Below, piece after piece: positions 8,917 to 18,414 of a DNA stretch of 64,000 nucleotides. The notes beneath the pieces were generated by a model. That model had not been told where the DNA came from. It made no database searches and saw nothing but the letters and a program-made list of their open reading frames with translations. This DNA is from Sulfolobales archaeon (GTDB lineage: Archaea > Thermoproteota > Thermoprotei_A > Sulfolobales > NBVN01): assembly GCA_038841535.1 (NCBI GenBank), contig JAWBTQ010000004.1, positions 32,001 through 96,000 of the forward strand, written 5' to 3'. Each line of letters begins with the position of its first letter. Within the stretch, counting starts at the first letter, position 1. Made by a program: the position numbers and the translations under genes.

Positions 8917-10512
8917 TTGGGAATGAAGTTGAGGATAGCTGTAGTAGATTGTCTTGCTACTAGTCCAACTGGTAAAAGAGTTTCTAGTGTTGACGTAATA
9001 GGGGCTGGTCCAAGGCTTGTAGTCGGTATTTTAAAGAAGCTCGGCGTAGATGTCTACCTATTCGAGTGTAATACTGCTTTAAAAGGTCCTATAGGTAGTC
9101 GGCAGGACTTTGACGCATTAATGGTTTCCGGAATGTCGGCAGATGTGGCCACTATGGGGATGGTCTTAAAGAAGTGGAAACACGTAGAATGGTCTATCGC
9201 TGGAGGTCCAGCTTGCGTTGATTACGAAGACCTTTTGAGGTTGGGGTTTAATGCCGTCGTCTGGGGTGAGGCAGAGATATCGCTTCCAAGCTTAGTTAAG
9301 GCCTTGAGAGCTGGTGACCTACGCGATGTTCCAAATCTGATATTTAGTGAAGAAGGCGGTAATATAGTTTCCAAAATAGTTGAGGATTACGCTCGGGAAC
9401 CTCTTCTCTGGTCTTTTACTCCCGACGTAGAGTCTGTAAAGAACTATAAGTACTATTGGGCGTGTAGAGTCTATGTAGAGACAGTTAGAGGCTGCAGTAA
9501 CTTCTACAGAACGACTTTACCAGTATTGTTACAAAACAAGACGGTTAAGTGTGAACACTGTGACATTTGTAGAACCAGCAACTTAGAGGAAAGATTGTCA
9601 TGCCCTCTAGGGATCCCACCAGGCTGCGGCTACTGCCTAGTTCCGAGACTACACGGTCCGGCAAGGTCTAGACCTGTAAACCAGATCGTGAAGGAGATCG
9701 AGGACCTTGTTGAACTCGGCGTCGTAAGGGTAGTGTTGAGTGCTCCCGACATATTAGACTACGGTCGGGACTGGCTTGTGAGACCTAAGCCGCTCACGGA
9801 CCCTAGGTACCCTCCTGCCAACATAGACGCCCTCGAACAGCTCTTGAGCGCTATATCCTCTATACCCGAAATAGAAAAAGGGAGGGCATACTTGATGGCT
9901 GAGAATGTGAAGCCGAACTTAGTTACAGAAGAAGTAGCAAAAGTGTTAGGAAGATACTTGCGGGGAAGTACCATAAACATAGGCTTAGAGACGGGAGACT
10001 GGGAGCACCACAAACAACTGGGGAGACCGTCTACTATTGAAGAAGTCTTAAGGGCTGTTAAGCTATTGAGAGATTCAGGCCTCGTACCCTACGTGTACGC
10101 TATTTACGGGCTGCCCGGGGAGAGTTGGAGAACAATCAGGAAAACTATAAAGGTTTTGAAGAAGGCTACTAAGCTTGGTGCTGAGAGAGTAATTCTATAC
10201 AGGTTCAGACCCCTTAAGGCCTCAGCTTTAGGAGGCTATCCTCCTCCACGCACTGATCCCAAGGGAAGGGCCCTCAAAAACTTCGTGAACACACTAGAGA
10301 TCTCGGCTAAGAAGAAACTCTTGGGGAAGAGCCTCAAAGTCGCAGTCGTAGATATCAGCGGAAAAGATGCCTACATTGGCTACACCTTACCCCACGGCCC
10401 TGTTGCTATAGTCAAAAGCCGTGAAGACCTGCGCGGCAAGGTTGTCGAAGTGTTAGTTCAAAAAGTTAGAAGAAGAGAGGTGGAGTGCGTTCCTAAAACA
10501 GTTGGTGTTTAG
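8917..10512 (+). CDS. B12-binding-like radical SAM protein with split Cys motif and C-terminal TRAM-like domain
   Basis: GGP...GEAE N-domain; RGC-x43-CGYC; GLETG, YGLPGE. Confidence 0.8.
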   Translation: MGMKLRIAVVDCLATSPTGKRVSSVDVIGAGPRLVVGILKKLGVDVYLFECNTALKGPIGSRQDFDALMVSGMSADVATMGMVLKKWKHVEWSIAGGPACVDYEDLLRLGFNAVVWGEAEISLPSLVKALRAGDLRDVPNLIFSEEGGNIVSKIVEDYAREPLLWSFTPDVESVKNYKYYWACRVYVETVRGCSNFYRTTLPVLLQNKTVKCEHCDICRTSNLEERLSCPLGIPPGCGYCLVPRLHGPARSRPVNQIVKEIEDLVELGVVRVVLSAPDILDYGRDWLVRPKPLTDPRYPPANIDALEQLLSAISSIPEIEKGRAYLMAENVKPNLVTEEVAKVLGRYLRGSTINIGLETGDWEHHKQLGRPSTIEEVLRAVKLLRDSGLVPYVYAIYGLPGESWRTIRKTIKVLKKATKLGAERVILYRFRPLKASALGGYPPPRTDPKGRALKNFVNTLEISAKKKLLGKSLKVAVVDISGKDAYIGYTLPHGPVAIVKSREDLRGKVVEVLVQKVRRREVECVPKTVGV

Positions 10513-10949
10513 CTGACTATGCACTACAACTATATAAACTAACTGGAGCTAGGACTTAAGTATAACAACTGGGAGTCTATGAGGGTATCCGACAGCCTGT
10601 TTAGTGCCATAGGTCGCTGTAGGTTGGCTTATGTGAGTCACGCATTGGCTCTGGGGTTCACAGTAGAGTACTAGCTATATCATAGTGGAGTAGTGGCACC
10701 AATCGAGCTCAGCAACTATGGGCAGCTCTAAAGTGAGAAAAGGGTTCCTGGGTGTCCCAGGAATACCGCTATACATAAAGCTCTTGAATAAGCCACCTTC
10801 CAGGCGAAAGGAAAAGAGTCTTCAGAGCAGAAGGATAGTGTCTTAACGCATATCTGCCTCCTTAAATGCGATATTTCGACAGTAGCTTACTCTCTTAAGC
10901 GAGTGATAACTAAGTTTTAACATATTAACTCACTTGCGAACTACCTAAG

Positions 10950-11006
10950 TGAGTGATGAAGCCGCTCCAAGAGCAGATCTGTGACGACCTCGCGACGATC
11001 TGAAAA
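10950..11006 (+). ncRNA. C/D box sRNA (2'-O-methylation guide) candidate
   Basis: Box C GTGATGA 10953-59, D' CAGA 10974-77, C' GTGACGA 10981-87, D CTGA 11000-03; guides of 14 and 12 nt; intergenic. Confidence 0.72.
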
Positions 11007-11344
11007 TAACTAACCGGTAACTTCCCGCTGTTTTATTACCCATATCTATTTTAGCCGATTTTTGTTTTCCTTTATCGTCCTAGGTAGTTCGAGAACAGTT
11101 TCGAGTCCAGGACAACGAGTTCTACTTAAGAAATTGTGACCGGTAGAGATAAGTAAGTGGCGTGTACTGGTAGGACAAAGTCGAACAATTCCGGAAGCAA
11201 CGCCTTCGTCATACATTCAATATACACGAAAGCCTTGTAGAATTGTTTCTGGTTTGTAGTGATTGATGCTACTCTCGGTAATGCGTTAGAGGCACCTATA
11301 AACGTCTCTCTATAAAATGAAGCCTCTTGATGAGCGTGCAAGAG

Positions 11345-11526
11345 CTCGTAGGGGAGCTGAGAATCGGGCTCCCCCGAGAGCAGCCACTGAAGTCGGTCAC
11401 ACAAAATGTGGGGTGCTAGGGGTCGCCCCGAACGCTCCCGAGCCCGATGAGAACCCGAGCGGGATGCGGGGGAAGAGGATGAGGAGATGAAACAACAAAT
11501 ACGAACCTATATCAGAGCTGAACCCC
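11345..11526 (+). mobile_element. Internally deleted IS200/IS605 (tnpB) remnant, omega-RNA-like element, copy A
   Basis: GC-rich island; hairpin GGGGAGCT..GGCTCCCC; one frame reads CGVLGVAPNAPEPDENPSGMRG, resembling crenarchaeal TnpB C-termini (from recall); about 71% identical to copy B over 86 nt; ends GCTGAACCCC. Confidence 0.62.
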
Positions 11527-12620
11527 TATAAAACTACCTCTCCCTCATTCCAAACGCTTTCACTTATCTCTTTATATGGTAAGATATAATTGCGCTTGTT
11601 TATGAACACCTCATCGGCTATGCTCACTTGATCTCCTATTATCGTTCCACTCTCTATTCTAACCCAATTACCTATTGAGCAGCTTTCTCCGACTACGGAG
11701 TTCTTTATATACGTAGAAAAGCCTATTTTACTACCCTTCATTACGACAGAGCCCCTAACCATAGAAAAGTCGCCAACTGATACTTGGTCAAGCAAAACGG
11801 TGTTTGGTCCTATGATGCTACCTTTACCTACAATAACCTCGTTACCTATGTATGCTGGCCCCACAACTTCCCCTCGAATATCCGAAGCTCTCGATATGAA
11901 CCCGCTTGGATAGAGAGTATTGAGTGCGACAATGTTAGCTTTAAGGTAGTCTTCAGGGATGCCTATGTCAAACCATATTCCCTCGTGAATATACGCATAG
12001 ACTCTCCCGACCTTCAGCACTTTAGGCATGAGGTCTACGGAGATCTTCTGCTTTTTACCATCATCGACGTACTTAAGAATCTCGGGTTCAAATACGTACA
12101 CACCAGCATTAGCGAGGTTTGACTGAGGTCTATATGTAGGCTTCTCAACGAAGTTTACTACTCTACCTTCTCCATTGACACTAAGAATTCCGTATCTCTC
12201 CGGGCTATCTACTCGCACAGCAGTTAAGGTCATTAAGGCATTCTTGATTTTGTGAAGCTCTACCACCATGCGCACGTCGACATCCGAAAACACGTCTCCG
12301 TAGAGTACGAGAAAGGTCTCACTCAACCCTATCTTTTTGTCTACGAGCTTCAGGGGCCCAGCGTCACCGAGCGGGTGCTCTTCCTCTACGTACTCTATAG
12401 CCACACCTAACTCACCCCCATCTCCCAGGAGGTCAACTATCTGGTTAGACATGTACTTAACGGATATTATTAGCTCACGCACACCAGCTTTCTTAAGGCT
12501 GTCGATAAGCCAGAGGATTAGAGGTCGTCCGAGGATGGGTAGGAGAGGTTTAGGTCTAGTAAGGGTTAGTGGCCTCAATCTGGTAGCATAACCACCTGCG
12601 AGTAATACGGCCTTCATCAC
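11526..12620 (-). CDS. NDP-sugar synthase (mannose-1-phosphate guanylyltransferase-like)
   Basis: LAGGYATRLRPLT..RPKPL, YGD, VEKP, WFDIG, C-terminal hexapeptide repeats. Confidence 0.9.
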   Translation of the reverse strand: MMKAVLLAGGYATRLRPLTLTRPKPLLPILGRPLILWLIDSLKKAGVRELIISVKYMSNQIVDLLGDGGELGVAIEYVEEEHPLGDAGPLKLVDKKIGLSETFLVLYGDVFSDVDVRMVVELHKIKNALMTLTAVRVDSPERYGILSVNGEGRVVNFVEKPTYRPQSNLANAGVYVFEPEILKYVDDGKKQKISVDLMPKVLKVGRVYAYIHEGIWFDIGIPEDYLKANIVALNTLYPSGFISRASDIRGEVVGPAYIGNEVIVGKGSIIGPNTVLLDQVSVGDFSMVRGSVVMKGSKIGFSTYIKNSVVGESCSIGNWVRIESGTIIGDQVSIADEVFINKRNYILPYKEISESVWNEGEVVL

Positions 12621-12783
12621 ACCCCCATCTCCAGTACTAGAATATTGTAAATAAGTTTACTCTCCCTATTTAAGTATACATGCTACTACGAACACTATTG
12701 GTAGATTAGTAATACTTTAAGACAAACTTAAGTAGTTAATATTTAAATACTGGTAAAACTCAATAGTATGTAGGTGTCTCTAA

Positions 12784-13026
12784 GTGAAACCTAAAGAGAC
12801 ACTTGGAGTTATTATTAGTGTGATAGCCATCATCTTAATTCTATACGAGTTGCTGTACGTTAACCTAATGGCAGGCTCTATAGGCGTAAAGGGGGCTATA
12901 ACGAATGACGCTATTCTCATATCGTTAGGCTTTCTACTTATCCTAATAGGTCCCTGGCTGTGGCTCGGAGAAGTACCAGTTGCTGTGAAAAAGCTTATTG
13001 AGGCAAAAACCGGTAGAAAGCTCTGA
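12784..13026 (+). CDS. Small two-TM membrane protein, first gene of cstA operon
   Basis: Hydrophobic 80-aa ORF, TATA-like TTTAAATA upstream, abuts cstA. Confidence 0.7.
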   Translation: MKPKETLGVIISVIAIILILYELLYVNLMAGSIGVKGAITNDAILISLGFLLILIGPWLWLGEVPVAVKKLIEAKTGRKL

Positions 13027-13036
13027 GGTGGGATGC

Positions 13037-14845
13037 GTGTACCCCATTCTAATACTATTAGTCGTCTTATTGATATATGGAGTAGCCTACGTGCTTTACG
13101 GAAAGAACCTCCTTGAGAGAAGGATCGTTAAGGCCGACCCAAGCAGACTGACACCGGCGTATGAGAAATTCGATGGAGTAGATTACGTTCCAGCAAATAA
13201 GTACGTGCTCTACGGTCACCACTTTGCTTCCATCGCTGGAGCTGGACCTATAGTAGGACCCGCAACCGCGCTTGCCTGGGGCTGGTTCCTCCCGCTGCTA
13301 TGGGTTCTCTTCGGAAACATCTTCATTGGGGCAGTTCACGACTACACGGCACTAATGGCTAGCGTTAGACACGGCGGTATATCCATAATGACCATCTCGG
13401 AAAACGTTATGGGTAGGAAAGCTAGGTACATCTTCCTAGCATACGTGTGGTTTGCTCTAATACTGGTTCTCGCAGCATTCCTTAGTGTGGCATCAGCTAC
13501 CTATGTTGATGTGCCTACAGCAGCTACTTTGGCGATAATATACATGCCCATAGCCCTACTCTTCGGCATACTAGTGTATAAAGTAGGTATCAACGTAAAA
13601 TACGCCACGGTAATAGCTCTTGCTTTAGTTGTAGCTGGTATAGCTTACTCCTTTTACGCACCTACACACTTAACATACGAAGGTTGGGTTGTCGTACTAG
13701 CCCTCTATTCCATAATCGCCGCGGCTTTACCTGTATGGTACTTGCTCCAACCTAGAGACTACTTAAACGCTTACTTGCTCTGGTCTTTCGTAATACTAGC
13801 TATTATAGCTCCTCTGCTACTTCCAGTTATTAGGTTTACCGGTCCTCCAATAGTGAGCTTCGTAGCTAAGGGAGGAGTTATAGGGGCGCCAACAGGAACA
13901 CCACCATCTGGAGCATATATAGCGTGGTTCTGGCCTACAGTACCGCTAACCATAGCATGCGGCGCTCTATCGGGGTTCCACTCAGTTGTTGGCTCTGGAA
14001 CCACATCAAAGCAGCTTTCCAACGAGCTCGATGCGTTGCTAGTAGGATACGGTGGCATGCTAACCGAGGGAGCTGTCTCATCACTAGCAGTAATACTCCC
14101 AGCTGCCTTAGTGTGGGATTTCGCTGCTGTAGCACAAAGTGCCGGCTTATCGGCAAACTTACTGCTTAAGGCAGGTTTAAACCTAACCGCTACACCTAAC
14201 ATACTAAGTTTTACTGGAGCAGCTAGGTTCTACACAGCTTACGGGTTCGCTCAAGCTCTCGCCTGGTCGAGACTCATGGGTGTGGAGCTATTCCCACAGC
14301 TATTCATAGGGTTTAGAACGTTCGCGGCGTGGGCACTAACGTCGTTTGTTCTAACGACGCTAGATACATCAAATAGGTTAGCTAGGTTTGCGTGGGTAGA
14401 GATGTTCGACTGGCTTAAGGTGAGCAGTCCAACTACCTACCGGATCCTGGCGAACAGGTGGGTTGCAGCGATCATTCCAGTCATCCTCGGAGCCGTAATG
14501 GCCTACCCGACGATCCCGGGTATTGGTAGAGCGTACCTAGTCTTGTGGCCTGCGTTCGCCGGAACTAACCAGTTACTGGCAGCACTAGCTCTACTCACAT
14601 CCACGTTATGGGTCTACGCAGTACTAAAGGTGAGGGGAGCGCCAAGCCTCTTGATGCTACTGCCCGCAATGTTCCTGTGGGTCACAGTTACGCTAGCCCT
14701 CATAATCTGGCTCGTCCTCATAGTGCCGTACCTACCGTTACTATACATACTCGGTACTGGAGTAATCGTAGCTGTATCTGTAGGACTAGACTTTCTCTTA
14801 ATAGCCCTCTTTGTTAGAGGACTGATGGCCGCGAGGAGCATGTAA
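13037..14845 (+). CDS. cstA: Carbon starvation protein A (CstA) family transporter
   Basis: DGVDYVP, GHHFASIAGAGPIVGP, WYLLQPRDYL, IACGALSGFH, GYGGML; GTG at 13037 preceded by SD GAGGTGG. Confidence 0.93.
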   Translation: MYPILILLVVLLIYGVAYVLYGKNLLERRIVKADPSRLTPAYEKFDGVDYVPANKYVLYGHHFASIAGAGPIVGPATALAWGWFLPLLWVLFGNIFIGAVHDYTALMASVRHGGISIMTISENVMGRKARYIFLAYVWFALILVLAAFLSVASATYVDVPTAATLAIIYMPIALLFGILVYKVGINVKYATVIALALVVAGIAYSFYAPTHLTYEGWVVVLALYSIIAAALPVWYLLQPRDYLNAYLLWSFVILAIIAPLLLPVIRFTGPPIVSFVAKGGVIGAPTGTPPSGAYIAWFWPTVPLTIACGALSGFHSVVGSGTTSKQLSNELDALLVGYGGMLTEGAVSSLAVILPAALVWDFAAVAQSAGLSANLLLKAGLNLTATPNILSFTGAARFYTAYGFAQALAWSRLMGVELFPQLFIGFRTFAAWALTSFVLTTLDTSNRLARFAWVEMFDWLKVSSPTTYRILANRWVAAIIPVILGAVMAYPTIPGIGRAYLVLWPAFAGTNQLLAALALLTSTLWVYAVLKVRGAPSLLMLLPAMFLWVTVTLALIIWLVLIVPYLPLLYILGTGVIVAVSVGLDFLLIALFVRGLMAARSM

Positions 14846-14926
14846 TCTTAAACCTTTTTGCTTTCTTAGTAATTCACAAATTCTTTTAAGCTTTCGTTCA
14901 GCAATATTTTAGGAGATGTCTTAATA

Positions 14927-15220
14927 ATGTCGGACACTGTGAGAAAAGCAGTTACCGAGTTAGTGAAGTTCATTAAGGGCGTTAGACAGGCTCTAGTAGA
15001 AGGGAGTGTGAGTGCTCTTGAAGAAGAGTTCATTGAGCTAGAGAGTGCCTACCTCTTACTAGTTTTAGGGCCTCTCGTCGGTGTAAAGACTATTACCCCA
15101 CTACTTAGTCTAGAGCTACTTGAGCCACTATCTGCGGAGTTAAGAATACTAGAGAGTAGGGCGTTTAAAGGCGAAGACGTCTTAGCTGATTTAATGGCAG
15201 CACTTGGAGGAGAGTGGTGA
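14927..15220 (+). CDS. Small CstA/ArsA-associated protein (cory-CC-star-like, without the terminal CC)
   Basis: ELESAYLLLVLGPLVG...LSLELL pattern; lies between cstA and arsA-like gene; SD GGAG. Confidence 0.6.
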   Translation: MSDTVRKAVTELVKFIKGVRQALVEGSVSALEEEFIELESAYLLLVLGPLVGVKTITPLLSLELLEPLSAELRILESRAFKGEDVLADLMAALGGEW

Positions 15221-16167
15221 TGAGTTTAGCCGAAGCACTTGAGCCACTCAATTGCTGTCCTCACTTAGTTGTAGTAATAGGTAAGGGAGGTGTGGGTAAG
15301 ACTACGTTGTCTATATTGATTGCGATGGAGCTAAATCGCCGAGGTAAAACTCTGTTGCTGAGTCTAGACCCGGCGAAACACTTAACTAAGTACCTAGGCC
15401 TCTCAGGAGAAGGTGTCGAGGAGGTTAAGAATTGCTTCCACGCTATGCAGATCTCTGTAGAGAAGGAAGTGAGTAAGTTAACATCCAAGTATGCAGGGCT
15501 TCTTCGGGAGCTTATGCCGTCTCTCGTGGTACTGAATCTAGATAACGTAGTCAGCGCCATAAAGTACACTCCAGGTGTTGAGGAGGAGATCTTACTCAGA
15601 AAGTTAGAGGAGGTGTTAAGGAGTGAGTACCACTACATCGTGGTAGATACTCCCCCTACTGGCGTCACACTCCGAACTCTTATCTTACCCAGGCTCTACC
15701 TCACTTGGTTGAGTAAACTAATCGAGATTAGAGAGAGGATAGTCTCTCTACGTTACGTGATATCTAGGACCTTGGGAAGAAGCGTAGATGTTCGGGATAG
15801 AGCGCTACTCAAGCTATACGATATGCGTGAAGAGTTTAAGCTTCTCGACTCGGCACTCCGCTCGGACGCTAGAACGTCATACGTTATAGTGTCTACGCCG
15901 GAACCCCTACCAATGTACGAACTCAAGGAGACCTACGAATTCCTCAGGAACAACCTAGGGGTAAGGCCTAAGCTTCTTGTGCTTAACAAAGTACTGTCAG
16001 ATGACTTAGCTTCCGAGCTGGGTCAGCTGAAGATGCAACAGGACTTCCTTAACGAACTCAAGAGTTTCGGTATTAACTATGCTGTAATAGAGCACCTAAA
16101 GAAGCCTACCGAGAGCGTATCTGACCTCGAATTGCTAAAGAGAAAGATAAGGGTGTTCAAGCAGTGA
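15214..16167 (+). CDS. ArsA/GET3 family ATPase (single domain)
   Basis: GKGGVGKTT, SLDPA, PGVEE, VVDTPPTG, VLNK. Confidence 0.9.
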   Translation: MVMSLAEALEPLNCCPHLVVVIGKGGVGKTTLSILIAMELNRRGKTLLLSLDPAKHLTKYLGLSGEGVEEVKNCFHAMQISVEKEVSKLTSKYAGLLRELMPSLVVLNLDNVVSAIKYTPGVEEEILLRKLEEVLRSEYHYIVVDTPPTGVTLRTLILPRLYLTWLSKLIEIRERIVSLRYVISRTLGRSVDVRDRALLKLYDMREEFKLLDSALRSDARTSYVIVSTPEPLPMYELKETYEFLRNNLGVRPKLLVLNKVLSDDLASELGQLKMQQDFLNELKSFGINYAVIEHLKKPTESVSDLELLKRKIRVFKQ

Positions 16168-16826
16168 CGGTATTGGCCGACCTTATAATCATAGCTTTTC
16201 TGTCCTTCCTCGCAGTAGCTTCAGTAACTTGGTATTTTAGGATGAGGCGGAAAACTCTGGTGCTAACCAAGAGAGTAACGGAGGAGCTAGAAAAGGTGTT
16301 TAAACCCGTAGATAAAACGTACGTTCTATTGGGCTATCTTGTTGGCTACAGAGCTAAGTACGAGCTAGAGAATGGCGATAGAGTGTACATACTATTTACT
16401 ACAGCCCCTAGGCACTCGATCCTCTACTACCCTATAGCGAAAGCTCTCAAGAGAACAGATAGAATAGAGATAGCTATAGAGAACTCTAAACGTTATGTAG
16501 CGAGAGACCTTCATGCAGTTGCTTTGAGCGACAGCAGGCTGCTTAATATTTTGCTTAGAGATCTCGGTTCGAAAAAAGAGGTGATATCTAAGCGAGCTAT
16601 TGAGACGTCCAGGGGTGAGTACATGGTCTATTACGAGGACTCGGGTGACATAGAGCTTGTGAAGAGGTTTATCGATTCGGTGGAGTTGAATATATACAGA
16701 TTATCAGCTTTTACTAGAAATAACTTAGTTGAACTAGTTGCTGAGATACGGGAAGACTCTGTCCAGAGTTTGGTTAGAGCACTAAGAGAGCTGAATAGAT
16801 ACGTAACTAAGAGTAGCAGTCAGTAA
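16164..16826 (+). CDS. Membrane-anchored hypothetical protein, last gene of cstA operon
   Basis: N-terminal TM; PVDKTY.LLGYLVGYRA; GTGA overlap with the ATPase gene. Confidence 0.75.
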   Translation: MTVLADLIIIAFLSFLAVASVTWYFRMRRKTLVLTKRVTEELEKVFKPVDKTYVLLGYLVGYRAKYELENGDRVYILFTTAPRHSILYYPIAKALKRTDRIEIAIENSKRYVARDLHAVALSDSRLLNILLRDLGSKKEVISKRAIETSRGEYMVYYEDSGDIELVKRFIDSVELNIYRLSAFTRNNLVELVAEIREDSVQSLVRALRELNRYVTKSSSQ

Positions 16827-16850
16827 GAGCAGGTAGATCCAGCTTCTCAA

Positions 16851-17180
16851 CTAAAACGGTGCCCCTATCCCAAGAGAGTTTGTGACCTCCCGAATACCCA
16901 TCTTAAGAGCTACTACATCTAGCTCTAGCTTCATAAAGTAGCATCTTTGCTCTAAGACTTCTCTACCGTCTATATACACCACGATCACTACCTCTTCTAA
17001 ATCCCTACTAACTCTATATGACCCGTATGCTATAGCCTCCTTTGAGGTATCTTCTAAAGCTCTAAGAACTCTGATTACGTAGTCGTTTAACTTCTCATTA
17101 TTACCTAAATAGGCAACGACAGCTATTCTACTGCTGTAAACGAGCTTTCTCACGTCCTCTACGTCACTTAGTAGTCTCAT
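16851..17180 (-). CDS. Hypothetical protein (possible thioredoxin-like fold without CxxC)
   Basis: 109-aa ORF overlapping upstream gene; VVIVVYIDGREV. Confidence 0.55.
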   Translation of the reverse strand: MRLLSDVEDVRKLVYSSRIAVVAYLGNNEKLNDYVIRVLRALEDTSKEAIAYGSYRVSRDLEEVVIVVYIDGREVLEQRCYFMKLELDVVALKMGIREVTNSLGIGAPF

Positions 17181-18015
17181 TTGAGCACCTCGACTGATAT
17201 ATTTTCTTTACCATCTCTTTCTCGGATTTATTCAAGAATACTTCTATGTCTACTGGGAGGCGGTTACCCGACGGAAGCTTTATCTCTAGGTCGTTCATTA
17301 AGACGTAATCGTACTTTAACATTTTCCCGAGCTCCGAGCAGTCCAACGAGAGCAGTACCTCCATGAGCCTGTTGCAAAAGTTTGTAGATACCTTAACTTC
17401 CTTTTCTGACACTGTGGCACCACAGATTAAACACACTAAGTCGGGCATCAATGAGTTAAAACCGCACCTAGGGCAAGCAACTGGAAGCACCGGGGTTCTG
17501 GTTTTAGACCAGGCAACTCCCCATTTGTACCTCAGTGAGTCCAATAAGTCGCTTCTACCCAACCTAACGATCCAGTGGTAGATTTTAGGAGCTAGCTCGA
17601 GTATAGGATCTCCAACATATGCGACAATAAACTCTAGCTGATCTGCCGACGGATTCTCGAGGAGATTTGTAAGTCTAGCTACTATAACTGGAAAAACTTT
17701 GTCTGAGTTTCTAGTCAGTCTTTTTGCTATGTCTTCAGCAGACTTATAGCTACTAGTCGATCCGTAGAGCTCTACTAGTATGTCTTTCAGTACCTCGACC
17801 CATAATTCTCTATTGATGCCAAGGTAATCTAAGCCAGCTCTAGACACAACTTCATCGATGTTTTTCTCAATCCATGACTCGAGATCCACTTCTCTTTTAC
17901 TTGAAGGCTTCTTACGGAGCTCCTCTTTCTTTTCTTCGACCTGCTTCTTTGGTTTCTCTCGGCTCTGCTTAGCCGGCTCTTCCTCGTCAGCAGACCTCTT
18001 GCTTTTCCTCGCCAC
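17164..18015 (-). CDS. Hypothetical protein with zinc ribbon and charged N-terminal tail
   Basis: CPRCG-x8-CLICG; Lys/Glu-rich N-terminus; SD GGAGG. Confidence 0.7.
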   Translation of the reverse strand: MARKSKRSADEEEPAKQSREKPKKQVEEKKEELRKKPSSKREVDLESWIEKNIDEVVSRAGLDYLGINRELWVEVLKDILVELYGSTSSYKSAEDIAKRLTRNSDKVFPVIVARLTNLLENPSADQLEFIVAYVGDPILELAPKIYHWIVRLGRSDLLDSLRYKWGVAWSKTRTPVLPVACPRCGFNSLMPDLVCLICGATVSEKEVKVSTNFCNRLMEVLLSLDCSELGKMLKYDYVLMNDLEIKLPSGNRLPVDIEVFLNKSEKEMVKKIYQSRCSNETTK

Positions 18016-18127
18016 AATCCTCCCATAAGCTTATTGCTCCGGGGAATAATAAACTACGTCAAATCACGCGCAGTATACACCTTTCAAATGCATCACGATT
18101 TCCTCACATAGAAGTTGAGTTATGGAT

Positions 18128-18182
18128 TGCTCAGAGGAGGTTCATTCACTCATCAATCGTCTCGGCAACGCTCATCATCAAG
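18128..18182 (-). ncRNA. C/D box sRNA candidate
   Basis: Minus strand reads ATGATGA-gcgttgccgag-ACGA-TTGATGA-gtgaatgaacctcct-CTGA; intergenic. Confidence 0.6.
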
Positions 18183-18414
18183 CGTCAAGACTTATACGTT
18201 TTAGTAAATAAAAATAGGCACTTCACGTTAAAACTAAACCTTCTTCAAGAGCGTAGTTTAACGCATAGATTCCGGTACGGGTCTTCTATCGTCTTTTAAG
18301 GTACGATATTCAATCATTCACTGACGTAGAGCAAGTCCGACTACACGAATATGAACGATAGCAGGAGCTCTGGGGAACCATCCGTGTGTAAAATCGGTAA
18401 GAGCGCTAGAAAAT

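Noticed and set aside
11126-11404. 92-aa minus-strand ORF
   Set aside because: No recognisable motif, overlaps the element remnant, no clear SD.
11345-11490. GC-rich segment considered as TPP riboswitch, RNase P RNA, SRP RNA or H/ACA RNA
   Set aside because: The conserved motifs of those families are absent or out of order; homology to the 30.8 kb and 23.0 kb copies explains it better.
15214-16167. Arsenic-resistance operon
   Set aside because: No arsB/acr3/arsC/arsR nearby; the context is CstA.
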